Below are positions 1 through 9,755 of a DNA stretch of 64,000 bases, in pieces; within the stretch, counting starts at the first letter, position 1; the number at the start of each line of letters is the position of its first letter. The DNA comes from a virus. Both the position numbers and the translations under genes were made by a program. Location: the IMG/VR virus record IMGVR_UViG_3300025840_003125, one strand, 5' to 3'. The notes under the pieces were generated by a model, which worked only from the letters and a program-made list of their open reading frames with translations, was not told where the DNA came from and ran no database searches.

Positions 1-2
1 CA

Positions 3-1016
3 AGTAAAGCAGGTGTTATCAATTATAACCCTGGTAATGCAGATTACACATCAACAAGACACTCAATGAGCAATAACTTTTTTGTGTACCCTATAAACCA
101 TGAAGACCAAGAGCATTACATGTTATTTGATATTATAGAACGTGTAGCTGAAGAAGGTGGTGCAGGTAATAATAGAAGTGTAGGTAATCAATACTTAACA
201 AAAAGAGCAGATAACCTTAACAAGGTCGTGTACAATGCAAATAGATTTTTTGGTGAAGGTTCTTCTAACATAGGATTCGGTATACCTACAGGTAAAGGTT
301 CTGCTAGAAATATAAAAAATACAATTGCAATATACATGCCACAAACATTAAAATTCAATATGCAGGCAGACTATGGTGCTGAAGAGGTTGGTATGATAAC
401 AGGTGCAATGGCAAAACTAAAAGACGCAGTTAATAGTGGTAAATTCTTTGGGTCAGATTTAGGATCAATTACAGCACAATTAGGTAAGGCTGTATCAGGT
501 GTAGGTGCATTTGCCTCTGGTGGTCTATTGTCAGGTACACAGGCTGCATTGCAACGTAGAACAGGTATTGCCCCAGCAGCCATGCAAGAGATGATATTCA
601 ATGGCATAGATTACAGAAATTTTAGTTTTACATTTAAATTTACACCACGTAGTAAAGAAGAATCAGATGTGGTTAATAAGATATTACATGCTATCAAAGA
701 CGCTATGTTGCCTGAAAGATACGGTGACGGTAGTAGTATTGCAGCCTACAAGGTGCCACATGAATTTGTAATTAGATTTATGAAAGGTACAGCAATCAAC
801 CCATACATAGATCAAATAGGATTGTGTGCTTGTACAGGTGTTGATATAGATTATGGCTCAGACAAATTTAGTACACACCCTAGTGGTGATCCTGTGTCAA
901 TAGACGCAACATTAAGTTTTAGAGAACTAGAACTAATGGAAAGAAAACGTTACAACGAATTAAGATTGTCAGCAAGCAACGCACCGTCAGCTGCTGAAAC
1001 AAAGGGGGCTAGATAA
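3..1016 (+). CDS. Baseplate tail-tube cap, T4 gp48-like (5' partial; frame open from window start)
   Basis: Motifs IAIYMP..L and FNGIDYRNFSFTFKFTPRSKEES..V..I, ending LSFRELE; lies just upstream of gp53. No stop between nt 3 and the ATG at 66. Confidence 0.8.
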   Translation, partial: SKAGVINYNPGNADYTSTRHSMSNNFFVYPINHEDQEHYMLFDIIERVAEEGGAGNNRSVGNQYLTKRADNLNKVVYNANRFFGEGSSNIGFGIPTGKGSARNIKNTIAIYMPQTLKFNMQADYGAEEVGMITGAMAKLKDAVNSGKFFGSDLGSITAQLGKAVSGVGAFASGGLLSGTQAALQRRTGIAPAAMQEMIFNGIDYRNFSFTFKFTPRSKEESDVVNKILHAIKDAMLPERYGDGSSIAAYKVPHEFVIRFMKGTAINPYIDQIGLCACTGVDIDYGSDKFSTHPSGDPVSIDATLSFRELELMERKRYNELRLSASNAPSAAETKGAR

Positions 1017-1546
1017 TGCCATCATATTTTGAGAACTTTCCTAAAATTTACTATGACGCAGTAGGCAAAGGTGATTACAAGTTAGTCACAAACCTATTAA
1101 GACGTGTACAGATTAAAGAAGGATTAAGTGAAACGGCTGCTCTATTTGATCTATATGACATAGGTGGTGAAGACACACCAGAGTCAGTATCAGAGCAGTT
1201 TTATGGCGATCAACGATATTACTGGATAATATTGTTATTCAACAAAGTCAAAGATAGATTTTATGATTGGCCTTTACCTCAAGCACAGTTTGAGCAATAT
1301 GTAAATGACAAGTACAATGCACCTAATGGCATACATCATTACGAAGTTGCTCAGTCTTCTGGTTCAACATCTTCATTTGACGACTCACATATGATAGAAG
1401 TAAACAGCACCGTGTCAGGTGCTACGTCTGTTTCTAATTACGAGTATGAATTACGAATACAAAATAAGAAGGCAAGGATCAAACTAATCAAACCAGAATT
1501 TTTAGAACTGATTACACAAGAATTTAAAACCTTGATAGGAGGATAA
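1016..1546 (+). CDS. Baseplate wedge protein, T4 gp53-like
   Basis: MPSYFENFPKIYY start; LysM-like DTPESVSEQFYGDQRYYWIILLFN; DWPL; SNYEYE..N..K..IKLIKP. Confidence 0.9.
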   Translation: MPSYFENFPKIYYDAVGKGDYKLVTNLLRRVQIKEGLSETAALFDLYDIGGEDTPESVSEQFYGDQRYYWIILLFNKVKDRFYDWPLPQAQFEQYVNDKYNAPNGIHHYEVAQSSGSTSSFDDSHMIEVNSTVSGATSVSNYEYELRIQNKKARIKLIKPEFLELITQEFKTLIGG

Positions 1547-1547
1547 G

Positions 1548-3539
1548 ATGGCCGATAAGGCAGCTCCCAAATATGATGACCTGAACAACAGATTCCCTGG
1601 CGATTTTAGAGCAGGTGAGATAATACTTTACAGTTACGGTGGTTCGCAGTTAGAAATATCAGGTATGACAGCCGTAGTCAACGTCTACCAAGATTTAGAT
1701 TCAGCATTTTTATCAGGCAACCTCATGTTCATAGACAGCGTAGGTGCAGTTAATAAGTTGCCTATCATAGGTAACGAGTTTTTAGAGTTTAAATTTAGAA
1801 CACCTATAGACGCAGGTGGTGATGAAGAAATGAACGCTACAAACCACAGATTTCAAGTATATGAAAAACGATCAGTAAGATCAACACAAAACTCACAGGC
1901 TGTTGCCTTATTCTTTACATCAATCGAATCAATACGAAATGAGCGAATACGTGTATCAAAATCATTAACAGGATCATATGCAGAAATGGTTGACAAGATA
2001 GTCAAATCAGACAAATCCTTGCTCAACTCTAAAAAAGACCTATTCATTGACCCTACAAAAGGCGTGTACAAATACACGTTTCCTAATTGCAGACCTGCTG
2101 AAGGTGTAAGGCACATGACGTTTATGTCAGAGCCAGTCAATTACAAAACACCTGATTATATGTTCTATGAAAACAATAGAGGTTTTCATTTTAGATGTTT
2201 AGAGTCATTGTATAGAGAGAGTGGTGACACATCACGTAACAGACCATTTGTTGCCTTTGTAGACCTATTGTCAGCGTTTAATCCTAACTTTAGTACACCA
2301 GACGTAGAGTCAGAGTCGCCTATAACTAAACCATATTCATTTTCATTTAACGACTCATATAACACATTAAAAAATACAAGACGAGGCATGTTCGGTAGTG
2401 TGACCTATGCACACGACCTAATAGATAAGAAATTTGTAAAGAGTAAATTGACATACACAAACTACTATGAACAGGCATTACACATAGACGCACCGACAGG
2501 TGCTGGTGCAGTATATCAAGGTATCATGCCACCTGGGCCTGCTGACTTTGATGATGACTATACAATAGATGATAAATCATATGGTTCAAAAAACAAACAC
2601 CAGATCAATAGACTACATGCTAGTAAATTGACCAAGGCGTCAAGTGCTGACAATCGTAAGTACATGGATGATTATTTTGCTCGTGTATTTGTTGTACCTG
2701 ATACTAAATCAAATCACATTTTCAATAGTGAGGGTATGGGATCAGATCCTAGAATGACAGGAAAACAGAATTTATCAGAAGCAACGAGAGATTACTTCTC
2801 AATGAATATAGACGTACCAGGTAACTTTACATACAATGTAGGTGACCTAGTATGGTGTGAAGTGCCATCATATAACGCTGCAGATATGACAACAGATAAT
2901 AAGGTTATGAGAGAAGACGTGATAGACCCATTCCTTACAGGTCGTTATCTAATATCTAAATTACACCATCAAATTGATATGATAGATCAGAAACACACTA
3001 CAGCGATGACTGTGGTTAGAAACGTATTTGCTAATGATTTACCAAATGCTGATACATTTAAAGCAGGTGCTCACTTTAGATCACAACCTATAGATGTAAT
3101 CGGGTCAGGTGTAGATATATCAACGTTAACACCTATTAAGAACAAATTAGACGGCAAAATACCGTCACCACAGATTAGTAACGTAAATGACATTGCTAAG
3201 AAGTTAGGCGTAGATTTGAATAGTAGTGACATGTCCATCAAGGATGCCGCTAATAAGGCGGTTAATAACGTCCTAAACAGTACTTCCAATAGAGTTTTGA
3301 TGAACGAACACCTTGCAAAGATCAATAGCACAATACTACAAAGAAAGACCGTAGTAGAGAAAATTGCAGAAAAGGCTAAACTAGCATTAGGAGGCATAAA
3401 CCTCAGTAACGTAAACAACATACCACCATCAATGAGGGGCTCAATGCAAGGGAATATCAATAGCTTTGTACAATCTAGTATGGTTGCCTTTAAGAAGAAC
3501 TTATCTAGTGCTAAGAGTTTTTTTAAAGGATTCTTCTAG
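1548..3539 (+). CDS. Putative baseplate hub protein (gp27/late-control-D-like) with basic C-terminal extension
   Basis: Between gp53 and gp5; LPIIGNEFLEF, YMFYEN..GFHFRCLESL, VPGNF...VGD, TGRYLISKLHH are typical of hub proteins. Confidence 0.6.
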   Translation: MADKAAPKYDDLNNRFPGDFRAGEIILYSYGGSQLEISGMTAVVNVYQDLDSAFLSGNLMFIDSVGAVNKLPIIGNEFLEFKFRTPIDAGGDEEMNATNHRFQVYEKRSVRSTQNSQAVALFFTSIESIRNERIRVSKSLTGSYAEMVDKIVKSDKSLLNSKKDLFIDPTKGVYKYTFPNCRPAEGVRHMTFMSEPVNYKTPDYMFYENNRGFHFRCLESLYRESGDTSRNRPFVAFVDLLSAFNPNFSTPDVESESPITKPYSFSFNDSYNTLKNTRRGMFGSVTYAHDLIDKKFVKSKLTYTNYYEQALHIDAPTGAGAVYQGIMPPGPADFDDDYTIDDKSYGSKNKHQINRLHASKLTKASSADNRKYMDDYFARVFVVPDTKSNHIFNSEGMGSDPRMTGKQNLSEATRDYFSMNIDVPGNFTYNVGDLVWCEVPSYNAADMTTDNKVMREDVIDPFLTGRYLISKLHHQIDMIDQKHTTAMTVVRNVFANDLPNADTFKAGAHFRSQPIDVIGSGVDISTLTPIKNKLDGKIPSPQISNVNDIAKKLGVDLNSSDMSIKDAANKAVNNVLNSTSNRVLMNEHLAKINSTILQRKTVVEKIAEKAKLALGGINLSNVNNIPPSMRGSMQGNINSFVQSSMVAFKKNLSSAKSFFKGFF

Positions 3540-3683
3540 TATGCTCAAAGTTTATTGCGAGTTTAGAAAAAAATTTCCATATAAGGGTATGGCCACATGA
3601 GAGGACACAATAGAATAGACCTACAAACAATGTAAGAACGAACTATTACAAACTTACAAAGGACCAAAGACAATTTGAACAAT

Positions 3684-3842
3684 ATGAAAGAAATATACAC
3701 AAAAAGATCAATGAATATAAGAGGTATCAACGATAGGCCTCTAATAAGTGCTTCGCACCGCGGCGCCTACGCAATCCTTTTAAATACGGATAAATATAAG
3801 GAGGTGACCGCTTTAAATACGGTCATTTATGGGAAAAAATAA
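3684..3842 (+). CDS. Possible 52-aa ORF (MKEIYTKRSMNIRG...VIYGKK)
   Basis: Translated by hand; TAA stop abuts the gp5 ATG; no homology recognised. Confidence 0.3.
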   Translation: MKEIYTKRSMNIRGINDRPLISASHRGAYAILLNTDKYKEVTALNTVIYGKK

Positions 3843-4934
3843 ATGAGTACTACAGATTTTATGGGCAGAGATGGCTTCATCTGGTTTACAGGTGTCGTTG
3901 AGGATAGAAAAGACCCACTTAAATTGGGCCGAGTAAGAGTAAGATGTCTAGGTTATCACACGGAAGACAAAGAGGCCTTACCTACTACAGATTTACCTTG
4001 GGCACATCCAATGTTGCCAATTACTGCCAGTGGCACATCTGGCATTGGGCAAACTCCCCTTGGCCTTTTAGAAGGCTCGTGGGTGGTTGGTTTCTTTAGG
4101 GACGCAGATACTAAACAAGACGCAGTAATTATGGGGAGTTTGCCAGGCAGACCCATTACTACAGGCGCACAGAATTTAGCAGAGGGCCTTGGGTTTAGCG
4201 ACCCTAATGGCAATTACCCACGTTACGCAGGCGAATCAGATGTTAATAGACTAGCACGGAATGACGCAGATAATCAGAGCATTACGCTAGAAGCACGTAA
4301 GACATTTAGAGCGGCCTCTTATACAAATATACCTAGTGCAAATATACTCCCTATCGCAGATGGCATAGTAGATATAGCACAGTCGGAGGGTGATGTATGG
4401 TCCTTACCTGAAAATACATATGCAACTGAATACCCATACGGCCATGTATATGAGAGCGAATCAGGCCATCTATTAGAGTTTGACGATACACCAGACCAAG
4501 AGCGTATTCTATTATATCATCATAGTGGTACTGAAACAGAAATCACGGCCGAAGGAACAAAGAACGAAGTAAACAAAGATTCAACTCATACGATAACCGA
4601 GAAAGACAATAAGGTCTATATCAAAGGGTCCTCTGACCTAACAATCGGTGGTCGCCATAAGATAACAATAAACGCTGATGGTGCTGCTAATAACAATTAC
4701 GATATACAGGTAGGGCCTAACGCTAATGTCAATATACAAGTAGATAAAGGTAACATTAATATGGCCGCTTTAGATGGTGATATTAATATGTTTGCTAATA
4801 ACAATATGAATGTAAGAGTAGGTGGTACGTATAAACTTGTTGCTGGTAAGATATTAGAAACATCACAAAGTACAACCACACGTAGCGCTCAGAATGAGTA
4901 TCACACGTATGGTAACCCAATTGACCACAACTAA
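3843..4934 (+). CDS. Baseplate hub/spike, T4 gp5-like (OB fold + beta-helix, no lysozyme domain)
   Basis: FIWFTGVVEDRKDPLKLGRVRVRCLGYHT, LPWAHPMLP, YPYGHVYESESGHLLEFDDTP. Confidence 0.92.
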   Translation: MSTTDFMGRDGFIWFTGVVEDRKDPLKLGRVRVRCLGYHTEDKEALPTTDLPWAHPMLPITASGTSGIGQTPLGLLEGSWVVGFFRDADTKQDAVIMGSLPGRPITTGAQNLAEGLGFSDPNGNYPRYAGESDVNRLARNDADNQSITLEARKTFRAASYTNIPSANILPIADGIVDIAQSEGDVWSLPENTYATEYPYGHVYESESGHLLEFDDTPDQERILLYHHSGTETEITAEGTKNEVNKDSTHTITEKDNKVYIKGSSDLTIGGRHKITINADGAANNNYDIQVGPNANVNIQVDKGNINMAALDGDINMFANNNMNVRVGGTYKLVAGKILETSQSTTTRSAQNEYHTYGNPIDHN

Positions 4935-5012
4935 AACTGGCTAGGCTTTCTAATCTATAAAAGTAGTAAGTAACATAGAGATATAACGAAGCGGTATTTT
5001 ATGGTTTTATAT

Positions 5013-5162
5013 ATGAGAATTTTTTTCGTGCTATTTTTTGTGTTATTAGTCGGCTGTGTCAAAGTGTCGGTATCATGTAAAGTAGATAATATAGATGAAA
5101 TCGCATCCGCGGTCGAAGACTGTAAAGAACAACCTAACATGGCTATATCAAAGGAGTTTTAG
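5013..5162 (+). CDS. Small predicted lipoprotein (49 aa)
   Basis: MRIFFVLFFVLLVGC-VKVSVSCK...: hydrophobic signal ending in an LVGC lipobox; missed by ORF track. Confidence 0.55.
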   Translation: MRIFFVLFFVLLVGCVKVSVSCKVDNIDEIASAVEDCKEQPNMAISKEF

Positions 5163-5207
5163 AAGTTATTACTTTTATACATAGTTATGTTGAAACCCAA
5201 AGGAACC

Positions 5208-5516
5208 ATGCTAGAGCTAACAGATAACGCAATAAAGAGATTAACTTACATTGCCAATAAGGCAGGCACTCGTTATGTGAGATTAGACATTAAGGGTGGT
5301 GGATGTGCAGGCTTTGAATATAAGTGGAGTACTACGGATACAAGGGAAGATACTGATTGTTTATTAGGCGATATATTAGTAGCGTCTTTAGAATTAGAGA
5401 TGTACTTATTAGGTACAACGCTTGATTGGGTAGAGGAAGAGTTTAGTAGTGAATTTAAGATAACTAATCCTAATAGTAAAAGTAGTTGTGGCTGTGGGGA
5501 GAGTTTTAGCGTCTAG
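5208..5516 (+). CDS. iscA: A-type Fe-S cluster carrier (IscA/SufA/HesB family)
   Basis: GGGCAGFEY and NPN...CGCGESF; all three Cys present; AGGA SD before ATG 5208. Confidence 0.92.
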   Translation: MLELTDNAIKRLTYIANKAGTRYVRLDIKGGGCAGFEYKWSTTDTREDTDCLLGDILVASLELEMYLLGTTLDWVEEEFSSEFKITNPNSKSSCGCGESFSV

Positions 5517-5583
5517 GAACTATCGTTAAAAATTTTTCGCTTTACTGTGCGAATACTTTGATGTTAACTTGTGCGGAAACTAT

Positions 5584-6390
5584 ATGAAATATGAAAAAGC
5601 AGATTTACCTGTATTAATCTCTATGCCACGTGCTGGTTCGCATTACGTAGGTCATTATATAAGACAAGCATATCTTAAACGAGGTATTGTAGGACCTGAA
5701 AATCGTAGTTCGGAGTTTTTTAATAACGAAGACTATAGACAACCTATACAACAGAAAATAAAGTTATTTGAAGATTTAAGAGATAACTTTGGTGTAAATA
5801 TGTTTTCTATCTATCATGGCCATCATATGAGTCAACATATATCAATGCCTAGTAAACCTCATTACACTTATCTATTTGATTGGTTTAAAGACTTCTATTT
5901 AGGTTATACGGTTGTTTTATTAAGACGTAAGAATATATGGAAACACTTTGTATCTTTTACGTTTCATAATATTATTAGAGATGAATTAGACAAGTATGGT
6001 AAAGAAAATGAAATAACACATCCTTGGCATTCTATGAATGTTACAGATGATGATGTATTAAAATCAACAATACAAACATACAACATAAAGTTTAAGTTTA
6101 CGGATGCTCATTTTGAAAAGTTTTTATATTATGTAAGATTTTTTAATGAACATGTAATCAACTATTATAAAGATAAATTAAATGTACATAATCTATGGTT
6201 AGAGGATTGTACTCATAGTAAAATGGTTGATATGTTTATACCAGAAGAACGTAAATTAACTTATACAAATCCTTTTGAACCTAGTAAGATAAAGTATTTA
6301 ACATATTTTAACAATACAATAGAATACAAAGCAAAGTTTACTAATTTATATAATACTCATTTTAAGCCATATGGGTATGAGGTAGATTAA
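5584..6390 (+). CDS. Sulfotransferase-like protein (Stf0-like)
   Basis: 5'-PSB-like SMPRAGSHY and 3'-PB-like LLRRKNIWKHFVS. Confidence 0.6.
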   Translation: MKYEKADLPVLISMPRAGSHYVGHYIRQAYLKRGIVGPENRSSEFFNNEDYRQPIQQKIKLFEDLRDNFGVNMFSIYHGHHMSQHISMPSKPHYTYLFDWFKDFYLGYTVVLLRRKNIWKHFVSFTFHNIIRDELDKYGKENEITHPWHSMNVTDDDVLKSTIQTYNIKFKFTDAHFEKFLYYVRFFNEHVINYYKDKLNVHNLWLEDCTHSKMVDMFIPEERKLTYTNPFEPSKIKYLTYFNNTIEYKAKFTNLYNTHFKPYGYEVD

Positions 6391-7222
6391 ACGCCCACGC
6401 TTTTTCATAACACCAAAAACATTGCCAACACCATGCAGTAAAGTCTTTAGTTTGTTTACCTGAACCTACACAAGAACGTGTAATAGGAAACAAGTCTTCC
6501 ATTAAACCTTCTTCTTTAAATACACCAGCAACAAATCTTTTATTTACATTTATATAAGGTTGATATACGTTATATGTTATATTAGGTTTGTTTGAAACAT
6601 CACGTCTTGTTTCACCTTGTATTCTTTCTAAATTTTTAGGAGTATAATTGATTTCAGGAAATCTTTCTTTTGCATATTTGGCAAATGCCATACGTATTTG
6701 TACAGGTGGGTTTGCTGTCATACCATCTAATCTAATAGGTCCTTTAAATTGACTCATAAATTCAGGTATTAGTTTATCTAATTGTAAAATCTTTGCAACA
6801 GCAGTTACAGACATATTGCCATATAACTTTTGATTTTCTAACATACTATCTCTTGCTTTAGGCCACCAGCCACCTACTTCTCTATCGTTAAAGTCTTTGA
6901 TTGTTATGTCATTTAACTTACCATTAGGAAACTTCTTTTGTAAATATTCAACTATTTCTCTAGCTGCGTCAGCGTCTTTAGGGGCGTTTACGTCATTACA
7001 CATAAAAGGAAATATTTCTATTTGCGGAAAGTGTTTTAATGTTAAGTATGTTGCTGACGCTGAGTCACAACCACCTGATAATGACATAACTATTTGTTTA
7101 GGTAAAAAATCATCATCAAAGTCAATATCTTTTAATGCTTGTTCTTTATATGGTGATTTGTTTATTTGTTCTTTTATATTTGTCCAAAATTCAATTGTTT
7201 GATTTCCATATGTTAAGTTCAT
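6362..7222 (-). CDS. QueC-like PP-loop ATPase
   Basis: SLSGGCDSA PP-loop; C-terminal TRSC...CWQCFWCYEK Zn motif. Confidence 0.7.
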   Translation of the reverse strand: MNLTYGNQTIEFWTNIKEQINKSPYKEQALKDIDFDDDFLPKQIVMSLSGGCDSASATYLTLKHFPQIEIFPFMCNDVNAPKDADAAREIVEYLQKKFPNGKLNDITIKDFNDREVGGWWPKARDSMLENQKLYGNMSVTAVAKILQLDKLIPEFMSQFKGPIRLDGMTANPPVQIRMAFAKYAKERFPEINYTPKNLERIQGETRRDVSNKPNITYNVYQPYINVNKRFVAGVFKEEGLMEDLFPITRSCVGSGKQTKDFTAWCWQCFWCYEKAWAFNLPHTHMA

Positions 7223-7977
7223 TTTAATGCTCCTTGTCTAACTTGTCTCCAACGTTGTAGTTCTGGTGTAACGTTAAAGTATTCTTCACTTTTTATTTTT
7301 TTAACTCTATTCTTGTCACTAGGTACAGCAAAGTTATCATAAGCCTTTTGTACATTTTTTCTTAATTTTCTACTTCTAGGATCAAAACCTCTATTTGTTT
7401 TTACTAATAATAATGTTATGCCTTCTTTATGTGCAATCTCTTTTGCTTGTTCTATTTCATGTTCATTGTATCCAAATATTATATATTGCCACACTATAGG
7501 GTGACCTGCCTGTACTCCCATTTTCATAGTTTCCCATACTTGTTTAAAATTAGAACCTATACGATACAATTCTGATTTCTCATCTAAACCATCAACACCA
7601 AAGTACCAACAATTTTCTCCTAGACCATAACTATATGCTTTTTCCCACCACTTCTCATCCATGCCTTTTGTATTAGTACCATTAGTTGCAACTCTTAAAC
7701 CTTTACCTAAACCGTCCATCATTTCTAAAAATGCAAGAAAGTCAGGATGATATATTGGGTCTGATATTTGACCACAAAAGGTTATCTGATTTTCATAATA
7801 GTTTAATACTTTTCTAAATTCTGCTTTACCTATATCAAATGATCTTGCTATTCTAGGTAGACCTTCTACCTTTTGTCGTAAACATTGTGGGCAACGTAAT
7901 ATACATCTATGTGATAGATCCATATTAGGTGAAGATAGTTTTTGATTTTGAATATAGAAGTCTGTTAAATGGCTCAT
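7219..7977 (-). CDS. Radical SAM protein (short, no attached SPASM)
   Basis: CILRCPQC; FCGQISDP; ATNG; FGVDG; WQYIIFGYNEH. Confidence 0.88.
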   Translation of the reverse strand: MSHLTDFYIQNQKLSSPNMDLSHRCILRCPQCLRQKVEGLPRIARSFDIGKAEFRKVLNYYENQITFCGQISDPIYHPDFLAFLEMMDGLGKGLRVATNGTNTKGMDEKWWEKAYSYGLGENCWYFGVDGLDEKSELYRIGSNFKQVWETMKMGVQAGHPIVWQYIIFGYNEHEIEQAKEIAHKEGITLLLVKTNRGFDPRSRKLRKNVQKAYDNFAVPSDKNRVKKIKSEEYFNVTPELQRWRQVRQGALK

Positions 7978-8297
7978 TTTTTATAAGTATCTTTTTCTAA
8001 ATTACCACACTTGTATTGGCATTGTTTCAAAGCACAACTTGGATTATTTATTAGCGTATCAAAGAAGTGTTCCCACTCTTTAGATCCATATATATCTTCT
8101 AACTTGTCAACATTTTTTAGTGCAAGGTGATCGTCTTTTAAATGAAAGACTTCCGTTACACCGTGATCGTTTTTAGGATCATCTAACCAACAACAAGGTA
8201 ACATATAACCATCAGATGTATAGGCTGCTGGTTTATGATAACTTTTAGGTTGATATGTTAAACATCTAGGTTTAATTTTTATATCTTTAGGATTCAT
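7974..8297 (-). CDS. Stand-alone SPASM/twitch-like Fe-S protein
   Basis: C..(x)..DGYMLPCCW..(x)..C...C...C; start moved to MNPKD (8297) because a promoter occupies the sequence upstream. Confidence 0.6.
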   Translation of the reverse strand: MNPKDIKIKPRCLTYQPKSYHKPAAYTSDGYMLPCCWLDDPKNDHGVTEVFHLKDDHLALKNVDKLEDIYGSKEWEHFFDTLINNPSCALKQCQYKCGNLEKDTYKK

Positions 8298-8303
8298 TTT
8301 TAT

Positions 8304-8332
8304 ATTGTAACACAATCTTAACATAAAGTCAA
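8304..8332 (-). promoter_or_regulatory. sigma70-type promoter TTGACT-N17-TACAAT, probably leaderless
   Basis: Minus strand reads ttgact ttatgttaagattgtgt tacaat ataaaa ATG. Confidence 0.7.
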
Positions 8333-8333
8333 G

Positions 8334-9755
8334 CTAGTAATACTCCTTTAGTTCAGGAAATACATCAAATAAATTGTACTCCCATTTAGTTCCCTTGTAA
8401 CGTTCATCTATTTGTAATAAGTATTTAATTGTTTCTTTATAGTCATACCCATTATTGTCTTCTCGTAATACTTGTTGTATATCTGGCCACTTTTCATATT
8501 TAGGTATCAGTTCTTGTTTGAGTTTATCAGGCAATACGTTTGCAGCTAATTTTTCGGGACTTCTTATATTAGACCAGTTTATCATAGAGCCTCTTTCCCT
8601 TGTTTCAAATATATCAATATTTTTGTCGTACCATTCAGGCAACTCATAAAATCTAAGCACACTTAAAAACGATATAGCGCCATTAATATTTATTTTTACA
8701 TTAGGGTACTTTCTAACGGTCTTAATGTTATTAACAATCTCATCCCAATTTGATCTTCTTCTAATATAGTTATTATATATTCCTACACTATCAAGTGATA
8801 CGGTAAACTCAAATAAACCAAACTTAGGAATAAAATCTGTAACTTTCATTTTATCCATATTCATAGTTTGCATATTTGTCTGAAATTTTAAAAGCATTTT
8901 TTGACAATCATCAGGCGCCTTTTCTACCAATTTTTCAAGTAACTTATAATATGGTTTCATAACTAATGGTTCACCACCTATAAGTTTCATTGCATAGATG
9001 TAAGGTGCTATATCTACTACCTGATCTGATATTTTATCTAAACTATCATTATCTAAATTAAATGATACTCCTGCTCTAGCATACTTTTGTAATTTTTGTG
9101 AATATATGGTTTGATTATCTAATGCCTTGTGTTGTATTGTTTCTATTCTTTTTGTTGAATCCCAAGGATGGCACATAAAACAATCAAGGTTACATTTGTT
9201 ACCATATACTTTTATCTGTACCTCAAAACATCTATCTTTTATATGACCTCTCAAATCTTCTTGGTATCTTCTTACAGATTTTTTTAGTTCAGGCCATATA
9301 AGTGAATCATTAGTTTGTATTTTAAGTGCAGCTTGTCGCCTTGATCTTCCGTATAGTTTTTCTTGTTTTCTACAAGTTCTACACCATTCATTTGTAAGTT
9401 TTAAATCAGAATTTTCATCTAGCATTTCTGCTCTTAACTTGTTTAGATTTTCATTATTTTCAAACCAATCTCTAAATGTAACGTCATGTATTTTAGGTGC
9501 TAAATGATCGTTGTTTAATTCAGCCCAAGAGCATGGTGCATATCTGCCTCTTGTATTGGTGTATAACATTTGAAAGGGAGCGCTACAGAAAAACATTTTT
9601 TGATCTTTGATTTTTTGTTCAAACTCACCATCACTCCAAGGTTTCATACAACCTGCTTGAAACCATTGACTAGTATCAACTTTACCATCGCCAAGATATT
9701 TGTCGCCTGGACCACCTTTTGTTAGATGTGATTTATCTTTTGTATCTTTTGTCAT
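8334..9755 (-). CDS. Radical SAM protein with N-terminal SPASM/twitch-like domain
   Basis: N-terminal FFCSAPF...APC...CRTC; then CNLDCFMC, IGGEP, QTN, VSLDS. Confidence 0.88.
   Translation of the reverse strand: MTKDTKDKSHLTKGGPGDKYLGDGKVDTSQWFQAGCMKPWSDGEFEQKIKDQKMFFCSAPFQMLYTNTRGRYAPCSWAELNNDHLAPKIHDVTFRDWFENNENLNKLRAEMLDENSDLKLTNEWCRTCRKQEKLYGRSRRQAALKIQTNDSLIWPELKKSVRRYQEDLRGHIKDRCFEVQIKVYGNKCNLDCFMCHPWDSTKRIETIQHKALDNQTIYSQKLQKYARAGVSFNLDNDSLDKISDQVVDIAPYIYAMKLIGGEPLVMKPYYKLLEKLVEKAPDDCQKMLLKFQTNMQTMNMDKMKVTDFIPKFGLFEFTVSLDSVGIYNNYIRRRSNWDEIVNNIKTVRKYPNVKININGAISFLSVLRFYELPEWYDKNIDIFETRERGSMINWSNIRSPEKLAANVLPDKLKQELIPKYEKWPDIQQVLREDNNGYDYKETIKYLLQIDERYKGTKWEYNLFDVFPELKEYY

Noticed and set aside
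6362-7977. 7-deazaguanine DNA modification locus (QueC + QueE)
   Set aside because: No QueD, FolE or DpdA in the window, and the rSAM has a SPASM-like partner and a paralog elsewhere, unlike QueE. Cannot be excluded genome-wide.
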